NCBI RefSeq assembly: GCF_001194135.2
Contig: NC_068999.1
Coordinates: 2,048,306-2,089,344 of the forward strand
Direction of reading: 5' to 3'
DNA from: Octopus bimaculoides
Taxonomy: Eukaryota
DNA: 41,039 nt
Shown here piece after piece: positions 23,400 through 35,530 of this stretch. The notes beneath the pieces are model-generated. The model saw only the letters and a list, made by a program, of their open reading frames with translations, did no database searches and was not told the DNA's origin. Every line of letters starts with the position of its first letter. Position 1 is the stretch's first letter. The position numbers were made by a program, and so were the translations under genes.

Positions 23400-23900
23400 C
23401 CCAAAATACCTCTGTATTTGGCTTTTGACATAGAGAAAACCTTTGACAGGGTCCCCTATTCCCTTATCTGGTGGGCTATGCGTAAGTTAGGAATAGACGA
23501 GTTGTTGGTGAGTTGTGCAAGGAATTTTGTGTGCACGTAGTTCACCAAGGATCAGTTCACAGCTCCCTTTTGCTTACTATGGTCATCCGGGCCATCACAG
23601 CAGTTTAAGACAGGCTGTCCTTGGTAGTTCCTCTAAGCTGATGACTTAGTTTGTAGAAGCGAGGTCTGGAATTAAAGGGCCTTCAGAGTTAACTTAGCAA
23701 AGATCAAAGTCCTAGTAAGTGGGTAAACAGACAAACCACTTGTCCCTTGAGGGAGAAAGCCCTGCTTGATATATATGGAATGGTGCTGGTAGAAACTCCA
23801 TACACTTCCCAGTGCAAACTGTGGACAGAGGAGATGCAGTGGTATCACAGAAAGATTTAGAGGAAGTAGTCTTTGTATGTGGCAGATGTGCAGATACAGT
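23400..23900 (+). mobile_element. Inactivated reverse-transcriptase fragment of an RTE-clade LINE
   Basis: Hand translation across frameshifts: LYLAFDIEKTFDRVPYSLIWWAMRKLGID, VHQGSV, FKTGCPW*FL*ADDLV (YADD mutated to TAA-GCT-GAT-GAC at 23634-23645); internal deletions. Confidence 0.85.
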
Positions 23901-23904
23901 AAGC

Positions 23905-23988
23905 GTGAGGAAGGGCATCCAGCTGTTGAAATGCACCTGAGTAATTCTCCAGCTGGCCAGCCCATATCAGCATGAGAACAGATGTTAA
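23905..23988 (+). mobile_element. RTE-associated tail, same orientation as the RT fragment
   Basis: GGAAGGGCATCCAGCTGT..CCAGCCCATATCAGCATGAGAACAGATGTTAA. Confidence 0.75.
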
Positions 23989-24010
23989 CAAAAGAAAAGG
24001 AAAATGGGAT

Positions 24011-24118
24011 TTAACATCCGTTTTTCATGCTGGCATGGGTTGGACAGTTTGACAGCAGCTGGTGAGGCTCAGGGGCTGCACCAAGGCCCCATTGATCTTT
24101 ACAGCTGGATGTCCTTCC
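24011..24118 (-). mobile_element. RTE-associated tail, inverted relative to 23905-23988
   Basis: TTAACATCCGTTTTTCATGCTGGCATGGGTTGG..ACAGCTGGATGTCCTTCC. Confidence 0.8.
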
Positions 24119-24169
24119 TTATTCCAACTAGACACATATTCTGGTTGGATTTATACCCACACACAATGT

Positions 24170-24275
24170 TTCAGATTCTCTTCACCAAATCCAATCACAA
24201 GGCCTTGGTCAACCCTGGGCTATGATAGACAACACTTACCCAAGGTGCTGTGCAGTGTGCGAAAAGAACTTCTTG
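24170..24275 (-). mobile_element. SINE family A central fragment
   Basis: CACAAGGCCTTGGTCAACCCTGGGCTATGATAGACAACACTTACCCAAGGTGC. Confidence 0.7.
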
Positions 24276-26079
24276 ACCCTATGGCCTTTGGGCATTTTTG
24301 GAAGTTTTGCTTTTCAGGTTTCTTTGTTAAACATGTAAAGCTATCGAGACATTACTGCAGAAGTGATGTGAACTGTACCAACATTTTCAAATGTTTGAAC
24401 GTGTCTCATTGTCTTTCCATGAATCGTTTATAAATCAAGCAATTTGATTGATGAACAAACTAAATAATAATCATTTACTGTAGCAAACTAATGACATTAA
24501 ACCTCTACCTGATTTATTTATTTGATGATGGCTAATTTCACATCACCACGTTTGTAAATGCAGGGATTTATTAATACTTAAAGAATCGTGTTTTGCCTCC
24601 CTCTCTCTCCTCCCCTGGTTGAATGGGGATTTGGGACAATACCATATCACGCTCTCCTGCCTATTCTTTCGTCTCTTGTCCTGAGGTAAGGCGCTTTACA
24701 CGTTGGTAGGGTCTTATAATAAAGTTGATTCTTGCAGGCTTCCGCTTCAAACTGTTTTGTTCTGTCACTGATTTTGCTGTAGTTTCATAAATTGTGTGTG
24801 TGTGTGTGTGTGTTGTCACATTTTGTTAGGAGCATATAATAGTGCTGGTATGAAATGAGTACAGTTTGCGTGTGTCTGTGTGTATATATTTAAATGATTG
24901 TGTTTAGGGTTGGGTGGTCAGCACAGGTGTTCTATTGTATGTAGGCACACCTTAAAGGTGGATAATTAGTTGATTTTGTGGTTCTTACAGGTGTACAGCT
25001 TTTTATGACGAAGTTTTGAAGGTGCTTTGATGCTTAGCTTCAGTGGGAGACATTGGACTCCTTAGTTCATACAGTAATAATCACTTGTGCATGCTAGCCA
25101 CTACATCATCAAGTAGCTATTGCATTAATTTATCATCTCAAAACTGGTGGAACCTTCTGGTCCGTGTCCAATATATCTCGGTAAAAACAAAAAGTAATTC
25201 TGCTCCTTTTCGTATTCAAAATGCTTGTTATAATTCCAGCCCAGATTAGCATGGCAATTTACAGCAAATTGTTGGTTTGCAGAGAGTTAGCGGCAAGCAT
25301 AAAAATATATCTAAACTATAGTAATTATTTGTTGCTGGAAAGTGTTGGTGATAATTACAGGGAATTAAAACTGCTTTGATGTGTTGTATAATGGTTAGCA
25401 TGTAAGTGGAACTTTTATCGGTTCCATTCCTCTTGATTTAAAAATCTTGAATATTAAGTCTGTAATGGGCAATTGTTAGGTGGAATCATTTTATTGAGGA
25501 ATTTGTGTGTGTCCTTGTTTTGTAATCTGCAATTAATTCTAGTAAAAGTTGAGAATAAACTCTTTCATGAAGACACACATTTGTAGCTGCAGCAGTTATT
25601 GTTGCGGAATCCTTTATTAATATATTCACTTGGATGTGAATATATCTAATTCAATAAAAAGGGGGAATAGGTGGTTGTGGTAGAAGTTGCCTTGGCAACT
25701 ATGTGAACTTGGGTTCTGTTTGTCTGCTTAAGCCTCATCAATAGAATTGGTTGATGGAAATTATATGGAAGCCCAACTTCTTGACATAAGACTGCCTGAG
25801 CTTAAAAGTCTATTTTAATAGTGGTGCAAACTGCTAGGCATGACAGCTAAATGTTCCTCCTGGCCATCTTTTACAAATAGTGGTGGGAGGAGGTACACAG
25901 AGTATAGGGCTGGTGTGGGGTTACATAACTAGACCACGGGACAGTGTCACACCATCTTGGACCCAAATAGACTTCCTCTTTGGTACTTAATGTTTAGCCC
26001 TCAGATTTGGCTGCAATTTTTAGATTAAAATTACTCTTTTGTGATGTCCATGTTTGGCAAGATCTAACAGGCAATTACT

Positions 26080-26225
26080 GGTGTGGCATAGTGGTTTAGA
26101 AGTTGTCTTTGCAACCCTGAGGTTTTGGGTTCAAGTCCACAGTGTGCTATGTTGGACAAGTGCCTTTAGCATGGCCCAGGGTCAACCCAGGTCTTGTGAA
26201 TGACAGTGGGTGGGTGGAAAATGTA
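26080..26225 (+). mobile_element. SINE family A, 5' half
   Basis: GTGGTTTAGAAGTTG..GGGTTCAAGTCCAC..TTGGACAAGTG..CTTGTGAATG. Confidence 0.65.
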
Positions 26226-26474
26226 AAAAAAAACATTGGGTGGACAGTGTTGACAGCACTGCTTGAGAATTACAATAAGGGCACATATGTCTGGAGTACT
26301 CAACCACATGTCTTTAGCTCTTAGATAAATGAGGGGGTTTTCCATTGGTCTCTTAAATTCTGATTGCTTGGATGGAGTTTAAGTCACTTCCACCTAACCC
26401 CTGAACATGCCTTGGTATCTTTGCTCTTCTCTCATAACAATCATGCAGCAGCCGAGGACTAGGAACACTAAACA

Positions 26475-26795
26475 AGTGCACTTATGGTTGTATGAGTAAC
26501 CTTGTAGTTTCGAGTTCAACCTCACTGCATGGCACCTTGAGTATAGTCCTGGACTGATCAATGCCTTGAGGGAAGTTTCATAAACAGAAACTGTATGGGA
26601 GGCTATTGTATGTGCACGTCTTTCTCTCTCTCTCTCTACCACTAGACAACCTCTGTTGGTGTGTTTACATCCCTATAACTTAGTGGTTCGGCAAAAGATA
26701 TTGATAGAATAAATTCTTTGGTCAGTTTGTTTGACTAAACCATTCAAGGTGGTGTCCCAGTATGGCTACAGTCCAATGACTGTAACAAGTAAAAT
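26475..26795 (+). mobile_element. SINE family A, near full length
   Basis: GAGTTCAACCTCACTGCATGGCACCTTG..GGTGTGTTTACATCCCTATAACTTAG..AATGACTGTAACAAGTAAAA. Confidence 0.8.
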
Positions 26796-29049
26796 ACTAT
26801 GGGGCCACTAAACCTGCTCACATGGTAAAACCTGGATTGCCCTGTAAGATGCATTTCAAGCCATGTTTTTCTCAGTACACCAATTGTGATGGGTTAACTT
26901 CATCAGCTGTTCTCTGCCAGAACACACCAACACCATAATTTTGTAATTTAAAAGTCTGTTATATACTACTACCGTGTGTGTGTATTGATTTTTACTGATT
27001 TATGCAACTGCATCGACAGTGCATATTAGCAGCTGCTGCAAATTTGTTGGCATGTTTTAAATTTTGAGAGAAACAATGAAAATGATGTGCATAATGACTT
27101 AGTTGCCAGATGAGATTAAAATTGTTCCCCATTATAGAATCTATCGAACCTTTTTTGGCATTTTATCTGATGCAGAGCAGTCAAATATTTTTATGAATAG
27201 TATCAAGTGTCTATTGGCTTCAGTGATTGTGGTCAATATGTTGTATGGGAGTGCAGCTACAGCTGTGCTTAAGAAGTTGGTCTTGCAACCCTGTTACTTC
27301 CGGTTCCAGCCACTCTCCAGTATTTCACTTTAGCCTCTCATCATGAGGCATGAAGCCACTTACCTCTCAGTTCTGTTTTCTCCCCCCCCCCCCCAAAGTT
27401 GAGAGGGTTGTCTTGCAAGTTAGTGGCACTGACCAGTGCCATGTAAAAGGCACGCAATACCCATTAAACTGGTTGGTCTTGAATGATAAAAGAAAATAAA
27501 AAGCTATGCAGTGTTTGTTTCCTCTGAGTTTTATATTACACAGTTCCTTGTCATTTGACACTTGTTCAGAGAAATAAGTGGTCAAGTTTGCTGCTGAAAT
27601 AACATAACCTAGAATTTTTGAATAGTCAGAAGAACCTTCACACTTGGAGAATGCCATCCGTTTGAGAGAGATCATCCTGTTGCAATAGGTTAACCATTGT
27701 GTTGGTCCTGTTTGTTGCTATTCCAAACACAGCTGGAGATTGGTACCACATTTAACTGGCCACTACTGCTATTTGGAGAGCATGTATTGATGCATCCTAT
27801 CAGAAATGCTTGGAAAGCCAGAAGAAAAAGGGAAAAGAATCGTTGCAACAGAGGAGGTTCTTCTGGTATGGGGGGTGGGGTTTGACAGTGGGGTAAAGAA
27901 GTGTCACGCAATCCAAAAGGAAGGAACCTGCAAAAGAGGAAGACTCAGGAAAAAAAATGTTGAAAGTTAACTTCATGGAGGTGGGTGGCTGTGTTGACCT
28001 GCATTGTTGGGTGGACTTTTGAGGTTTGCTTTTGCTAGTAACATTGTAGATTAGGGTGTGTCCTGCTCACAAGAGTCTATTTCTAGATAAATTTTGTCAG
28101 TAATTCCAGATGGTTTTATTTACAGTTGGTTCCATACTTTTAAATACATTCCAGTTCCACTAATGAAGCTTCTTTGTAAGTTTTAGTCCCAACTTTGGCC
28201 ATTTTTAAGCGTGTAGAGGACATGCTAAATGGGGCAGTAACCATTCACAGCTTATTGAGTTACAAGACTAACCTGTTTCCTTGTATGATTTGTCAGTAAT
28301 TACACTTAATCAGTCAGTCATTATAACCTCATATGTCAGTAATTTGGGGGGGTATTTTGCACACATACGCGTATCTATGTAAATTGGTAAATGTAAAGAC
28401 ACTTATATCATTGAGTAGGACAGTGTTTGCATTCTCAAAATGGTTGATATTAAATTGGTTGCTTTTGCCCTGAACTGACCAATTCTTTGTTAGTAGAATT
28501 GGTTAACAGAGACTGCATGAACGTCTATCAAGTGTGTGTGTGCAGTTGTCCATTCTGCTTCTTCACATCATGAAAATCATCTGAATCAAAATCCAAGATC
28601 ATATTTACAAACCAAGTGATCGTTGTCTTACCACTCTGCACTTGACAATAAAAAAGATTCCTTCTGGCAACAAGGCAGAGAGTATCCAGCCATAAAATGG
28701 AATCTCAAGTAAATTCTCTGTCCAGTTGATGTCCATTTTATAATAGCATGAGAGAAACGGGCCTAAAGTTAACAAAGGTGCACATGTACTTTTAGTGTTG
28801 TTGCTAAGTAACAGTGTTGTGTTAATTGTTTTCCCATCATTTCACATTCATTTCCTAAGCTTCCATGACTTTCAGAAATGGTGATGAAAATGAAGCAGGT
28901 TTTCTACAGCTGGATGTCCTTCCCATTCCTAACACTCGTTTCATGGGTAGACATTTGCAGGAGGTAGACAATCAACCTCTCTTTTATGATGTTGTTACGC
29001 TCATTTACACCCCATTATATGACCCCTAGATGAGTGCATAAACGACGAG

Positions 29050-29165
29050 CTTCTTTCAGTTTCCATCTACCATACCAACTCATAAGGCTTTTGTTGACCC
29101 AAGACTACCATGGAATTGAACCCAAAACTGTATCTGCATGATCAGGAAGCAAACTTCTAAATAAG
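29050..29165 (-). mobile_element. SINE family A, degenerate 5' half
   Basis: CTTCTTTCAGTTTCCATCTACC..GGAATTGAACCC..GGAAGCAAACTTCT. Confidence 0.65.
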
Positions 29166-30645
29166 AACAGAAGAAAAAAAATGTTTGAGTTATTTTTATA
29201 GCTGGATGCTCTTCCAGCTGCCAAGCACTTTGTGAAGCAAGTGCCAAGTGTTCTTTTAACTGTGCCACTGTCTCTTAAGTATAAACACAGAGACAAGAAG
29301 TATTAAACTTCAAGTTTGGTAATAACTGTTTAATAGTTGTGTAATAGTTACCTGGAACAAGATTTTATTCTATTAAGAATTAATACCCTTGTGTTCATAT
29401 GTGCATGCCTGTGTAAATGCAATGGTTGGCTGCTCAAGCATTGCCAAGCTTCTGGTTTCTGATTCATACCTGTTCCAGGTGATTACCCACAGTTGTGTAG
29501 CAACTGAATTATTGACAAAATATGTTGTCCTATAATCCTCTCTCGTCACCAATCTCGAGTCTGGCGTGTCACTTAATCACTAGTCCAGTTATTCTCCTTT
29601 AACGAGCTGCAGTATCATTAGTCAATAGCTTGCTGATGAAAAATCCTTAATCAGCTTGGCTATTGATAAATCTGGCTGGCTGAAGAGAGAGAGGCGGACA
29701 GATTTAGTATTTGTGGGGGTCACTGGTAGCATTTTTAAAAACTGCAGCTGTTGCTTTACTCTCTTTTAATTATCTTCACAGATATAGAGAGAATGGGTTT
29801 TTTGTTTTTTTTTCTCTCTCTCCATATTACAGAATGAAGAAACAAGTCTTTCTTCTGTCTTCTATTTAGATTTCATAAATTGTAAAAATATAACCTGGTC
29901 ATTCTACCTTCAGAATGAATTTGTTAATTTGAGAGAGAGAGCATCAGCTGTGCCATGTGACTAGTACACCACCCAATCTACTAACCTACCTACAGTGGGT
30001 GCTGTAGGCAAGTCTTTCATTCCCCATTAGTCAACTAGGTTGTGGTGTAACTTGGTAAATGACTGCCCTTCTACAATGATAGCTTTTTAGAGTTGCAACA
30101 CTTTGCTTGTCTATCATTTATCTAAACATTGAATACTGTGTGTGTGTATACACTACTGCTGCTGCTACTACAGCAGACTTTTCACTACTACCACCAGGTG
30201 GCGTGATTTCTGTGGAATCATTTTCATATTCTAATGTGGCAGTAGCTGATTCCTTTTTGCTTAATTTCCTTCATCTTAATCAGTGCCATCTGTGCATGAG
30301 ACACAGAACATCTGTTAATGTACAACGTAAATAGTACAGATATATAATTTCTGTATATATATTTTTTATATATATATATATATAGATACCTCAGGTTTAT
30401 ATTATAAAGTTTAAGAAGAAAAAGAGCAGGATATATTTTCAACTTATTTGCATTCAGTTTTCTATGTTGGGGTGGGTGAGGGTCTTTTCTATTTGCATAA
30501 GAATTGCTAAATCTTTCTTTCTCCAAAAGCACACAGTGAGAAATATACAAATTTTTTTTTCAAGTTGAATAATAGATTGAGGCAAGCAGCAGCAGAAGAA
30601 TTGCCCTGAGGAGCTACTTTGCATGGCGGTGGCGGCGACTGAGAT

Positions 30646-30655
30646 NNNNNNNNNN
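30646..30655. other. Assembly gap (10 N) inside a GGCGGCGACTGAGAT repeat
   Basis: N run with CGACTGAGAT on both sides. Confidence 0.95.
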
Positions 30656-30765
30656 CGACTGAGATGGCGGCGACTGGTGGCGGTGGCGGCGACTGAGATG
30701 CTGAATAATTGTAGAACTGTCAGCGACCTTTCGCTGTGTGTTTGTTCTTCTTCTTGACTTTTCAG

Positions 30766-30868
30766 TGAAGGCATCAGTTGAAACGACTTTCCAGGCCGAG
30801 GGCAAAAGCAACTGGCAACATAAGATTTCCCATCGTTTCCTGCAAATCACTGCAAAATTCCTTATATG
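30766..30868 (+). other. Candidate 103-nt exon
   Basis: Strong acceptor TTTGTTCTTCTTCTTGACTTTTCAG; moderate donor ATG|GTACGA; one open frame. Confidence 0.25.
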
Positions 30869-33619
30869 GTACGATCCCAAGATAGCTGTCTGCAAATGAA
30901 ACGCATATCTGTTACGGAAATGTATTACAATTCATTGATTTTGTCTTTTATTCAACATGTTTATCCCCCCCCCCTTTATCTCTCTCTCTCTCTCTCACTT
31001 CATCAAAGACACTGGTTTTATCAAATGACATTTCAAGACAGTAATATCTGCTAGCTAACTGTGTGTCCTTAGAGACCAACATGGTTTAAATATATAGCTA
31101 ATGAGATCATTTCCTTCTTGCTGGTCGTTGAAGAAATTTTGTTTGAGAACTTATTTTTAGTCTCTCACCGATTGTTACTTAATTTCCCTTGACAGTGAAA
31201 GAGAACGAGTGTGGGATATAATTACTGTAATTGTTTAGTTCCAGTTGCTGGCGGATGGGTGGACAGAGAGAGAGGGAAGATTCAAATAGAAGTAGGTGAG
31301 CGCAATTTGCCGGAAATGACATGGAAGTCTCTATCTCTATAGTGGTAGAGGAACTGGGACTTGTGGCTGTCATATACAATGGTGATGGTTGGTGGCGGGG
31401 GGTAATATGTTTAAACATCTCTCTGATTTACCTGTAAGTTAAAAATATATAACATTTATTATTAGACCATGGAGTGGCAGAAACATTCTGAATAGAAATG
31501 ACTACCTTGGTCGTATTCAGCCCCGCACTGTGTGTGTTGCCGGGATCTGTCAATAGAATAATTATCAAATACAGTAATTGATTCACTTAATTATTACTCC
31601 CCTTTTCCAAAACTGTGTAAGCCCTTCCAAATTTGCCTTGCTTTGCCATAGTACCCCTCATTGACTTCCTGATTGTGTTGTGGCATAAAGCTTCTTTTCA
31701 ACTGGGTGAAAACTGTCATCCCTCAAGTTTGACTGCACCCTATTTCTCCCAGAAAGAGAGAAGGAAAAGAAATCTCGGTCCAGGACTGTTGCTATAACCT
31801 TGAAAGGGAGATATATACTAAGTTAACCGTAGCAGGATTTGAACTGGGAGTGTACAGAGCCAAAATGATGATGAGAGAGCAATCTGTGCCAAGATTCGAC
31901 CAAATTTAGAGATTATTGGAAGTGGCAGAATAGTTTAGTGGAAAGTTCTCCATAAACTAAGAAAATCTGTTTGTCTGAGAAAACTGTTTCTTTTTATGTA
32001 TTTTCAAAGATCACCGTTGTTAACACTGGCATCAGTGATTGGACCAGTTGTGACATATACAGCCTGGTTTTATGACCAATTTCTTTTGGTTCCTCTGTTA
32101 CCAACACAATGAAGTCAAGGTGAGAGTTTTGGTCAGTTCAGCCAGTTGTGTTGCTTTGAATGTGGGTACAACATGGCCAGCTGGTCAAGAAGTATCTCTT
32201 CACTTATCATAAGGACCCTACTTTATGACGTATGTTTGACTTTATTCTTGGGTTGACTTCTAAAGAGGGCAAAATAATTTTTTTTTCCCTGAAATTTGAA
32301 ATTCTTCCTACTCAGGGGTTTTGCTGACTCTACACACTTTAATTAATTGGGCAAGGAGTTTATTTGATCAAACCTTTTCTATTGAAATCAATAAATCCTT
32401 TTATTTTACTTGTTTGATAGCATAAAAGATACAAGGACATATCAGATGCACCCTAATTTCAGCAGCGGGGTGTTGGGCTCTTTGTGAGTTTTTAAGGCTT
32501 TTTTCTTCAGTATCTTACAGTTTTGTGTTGAGGGTTTCATACCTAGTTGTGTTGCTGCCACCAAGGCCTACGGCTGCCTCTCATCTTCATTGATGATTAA
32601 ACATCAGTCTTCTAAAATCTCATTCCTGTACCAGCTCCAAGCAACCAGTGTTAATTACAATCAGTCTGACCATAAACCCCCCATGAATAACGTCATAACT
32701 CATTGTCTCTTCCTTTCGAATTGATCCAGTTAGGCATATTCCTCATGATGGTGGGGGGGGGGATCCTTATCTTTATTAAAACAATTTGTAAATTTCAAAG
32801 CCACTTGTGTGTTTACAAAGTGTTTTTCTTTATTTAACCATCTTCTTGTTAAATAGTAAAGTTTTAAGTTTTGGTTAAAGACACTTCACAACTATACTTT
32901 GTGGGTACAGTTATCTATGGACCTGTTCACAATTTCAGGGATCATAATGAGTTCTGTAAGGCTGCTATTTAACTCCTCCTTGTGTAGGGGTCAGCAGATG
33001 TATTAAAAAAGCCTTAAACATCCTTTCTAAACCACAGGTCAACTGTCTTTCATCCTTCGAGTTGAAGTAATCTACAGTGGGGTTGCCCCTCATTGCTGTC
33101 TTTGTGTCGGTTCCTGTTACTTGTGTTCAATACAGGATGCTACAAGAAAGATTCTCTCCTTTATTACTTCAAATTTCTTACTGTATCTTCCAATGAAATA
33201 TAATAAAGAAAAACAAGCCTGGCTTAGAATTTATTTGACCAGTGCTTCTATCATTGGTTCTACCTCAATCTAGAAGCTTGTGCTGATAATTTAGTTTAAA
33301 AATAACACTTAAAGTTTATTGCGTTCTGTGAACAATGAGCTTTTTTGTTTTAAACCCACAAACTGTCTACTAGCAACCCACTTGGTTATCTGCTTGAAAA
33401 AGTTCTTGTAAAGTTCTTTTTTTTTTCTTTTTTTTTTGGCCAATAACTAGCTGATTGGTTGACACACAATATTGATGCTTAAAACCGGAAAGCCTACACC
33501 AGTTGTGTAATTAGGTCAAGTGCATTTACATTCATCTGTATGGACTCACTGTCCTGGATTGTTTTTCATTCGTATGGAGATATTTAATACTTAAGTGGAA
33601 TACTGGTACCATAATATTT

Positions 33620-33735
33620 GCAAGGCTTTTAGTCAGCTTGAGGCTGTAGTAGAGAACACTTGCCTGAGGTATCAATCATACAATGGAATTGAACCCTGGA
33701 CCATTTGGTTGGAAAGCAAATTTCTTACCAACAGG
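33620..33735 (-). mobile_element. SINE family A, 5' half
   Basis: GGAATTGAACCCTGGACCATTTGGTTGGAAAGCAAATTTCTTACC. Confidence 0.7.
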
Positions 33736-34219
33736 CATTGGTGTTAATTTCATCACTTGTTTTCTGTGGTATGAAAGCCTTTTTGTTGGGTTTCAGGCAT
33801 CAGTAAATAACTTTCATTATTACATTCCTTTGTTGAGGAGGCACTCTATGTATGCTACATTCCCTCAGTCAGCTGCTGGTTCTGCCTAAGAGAAAGTTCC
33901 ATTATTAAATACATTTAGCTTCCCCCCCCCCCTCTAAGGGCTATCAGCTGAGTGCCACCAAATTCTTGAATATTTTCGAAATTTATTGAAACACATGGCT
34001 GTTTCAATTATTTCATTGGAGATATGTCAACCCACCAAAAGGCTTTAATGAAGCCAATTGTAACCGAAGTCTTAGATTATTTCTTTTAGTATATCTTCTC
34101 TTGAAGAATGTCATGAACCTTCTCACTAACAGAATCTGGGTGAAAGGCATTTATTGTGCTGTCAACCTTCTCAATAACAGTCTGGGCGAGAAACTTGCAC
34201 CCTTCAAATCATTCCTCCC

Positions 34220-34253
<34 letters not shown>

Positions 34254-34369
34254 GCGTACTTCCAATTCCACAAATTATTTTAATAGCCTTTGGTTGGATA
34301 TAAAATTACTGCACTTTCGAGATAAACACAATAATTAAGAGTTAGATTTTCACTGTACAAGCCCTCCTT

Positions 34370-34590
34370 AGCAGGGTTGGTTGGTTGGTTGGCTTGGGTA
34401 ACAGTGCTTGCTGTAACCGCGCGCGCGCGCGCGCGTGTGTGTGTGTGAGTTGAGACTTGACAGATGTTGCAGCAGTAATTTTGGTGAGGGGGGGAGCAAG
34501 AAACTGGATATTGAATCAACTCGTTGCCTGAGCTTAAAGGTTAATTCCGATTGGTTGTATGGTTTTCAAGTTGGCCAATCAGCTCTTTGC
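34370..34590. promoter_or_regulatory. Candidate promoter with two NF-Y-type CCAAT boxes
   Basis: CCGATTGGTT (ATTGG at 34550-34554) and GGCCAATCAG (CCAAT at 34575-34579), both matching the extended consensus; adjacent (CG)9(TG)6 tract. Confidence 0.5.
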
Positions 34591-35450
34591 AAACATAGTT
34601 GACTGTTTTTAAAGTATATAATTTCGCATCTAATCTCTCTACATTTCCCAACTTTCTCTCTTTCTCTCTCTCTCTCTCTCTCCATTGTCATAGCACATTT
34701 TCTGTGCTACCGTTCGTTTGTTCCTACCTGTCCATTCTAATAACATGTTCTTAGAACAGTTTCTTCTTGTACAAATGTTGGTTAGTTAAGGAATGGTTTT
34801 GAATTTTATTTTGTAGTGTTTTCTTGGTATTCTGACAAGAAAAAAAAACACTATTCCTTGATTCCTGTCTCTCTCACAACTTCAGGACCCACACCTCACT
34901 TTAAGGTTTGTATGGGACGGCGGGGAGCATTGCTGCAGGCAATGTGACATCACAAGACAGTTTTTTTTTAATGACATGAGTAACATTTGAGAACCTAAAA
35001 AGCTGCTGCTGTGTACTTTAATAAGCTGGAAGGTAGTCGATGGTTTCAAGTGACAAGAACTACTCGTCTGTAGATTGGTGTGTGTGTGTGTGATGAACAG
35101 TTCTGGTATAGAAGCTCTTTCTCTGCAGTCTCTCCCATGCCATGTAGACATAAAACTATGGATTTGGTAACATCTGTTATGTTCACCACTACTACCATTC
35201 CTCTCTGTTGCTACATCTCTGCCATTTACCACGCCTGTACTTGTCGTCACTGTACTCCGTATTGGGATTTGTATGGCAAATAGTAATGTGGTATGCCTCG
35301 TTGTACGCCTGTCCCACAATCGAACATCTGTTGTAGAACATCTGCCATTAATAGCAATCCGAAATTACTGGACCATCCCGGAGCTGAGTTACACACAAAG
35401 CTCCCATTTGACACACTCTACATTCTGCTCTGTTCAATTAATCTCAATAT

Positions 35451-35483
35451 CTCTCTCTCTCTCTCTCTCTCTCNNNNNNNNNN

Positions 35484-35526
<43 letters not shown>
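35451..35526. repeat. (CT)n microsatellite spanning a 10-N gap (35474-35483)
   Basis: Seen directly. Confidence 0.95.

Positions 35527-35530
<4 letters not shown>

Noticed and set aside
32890-32945. ACTATACTTT and TTTCAGGGATCAT resembling the U3 snoRNA 5' end
   Set aside because: The two pieces are about 35 nt apart and no other U3 boxes follow.
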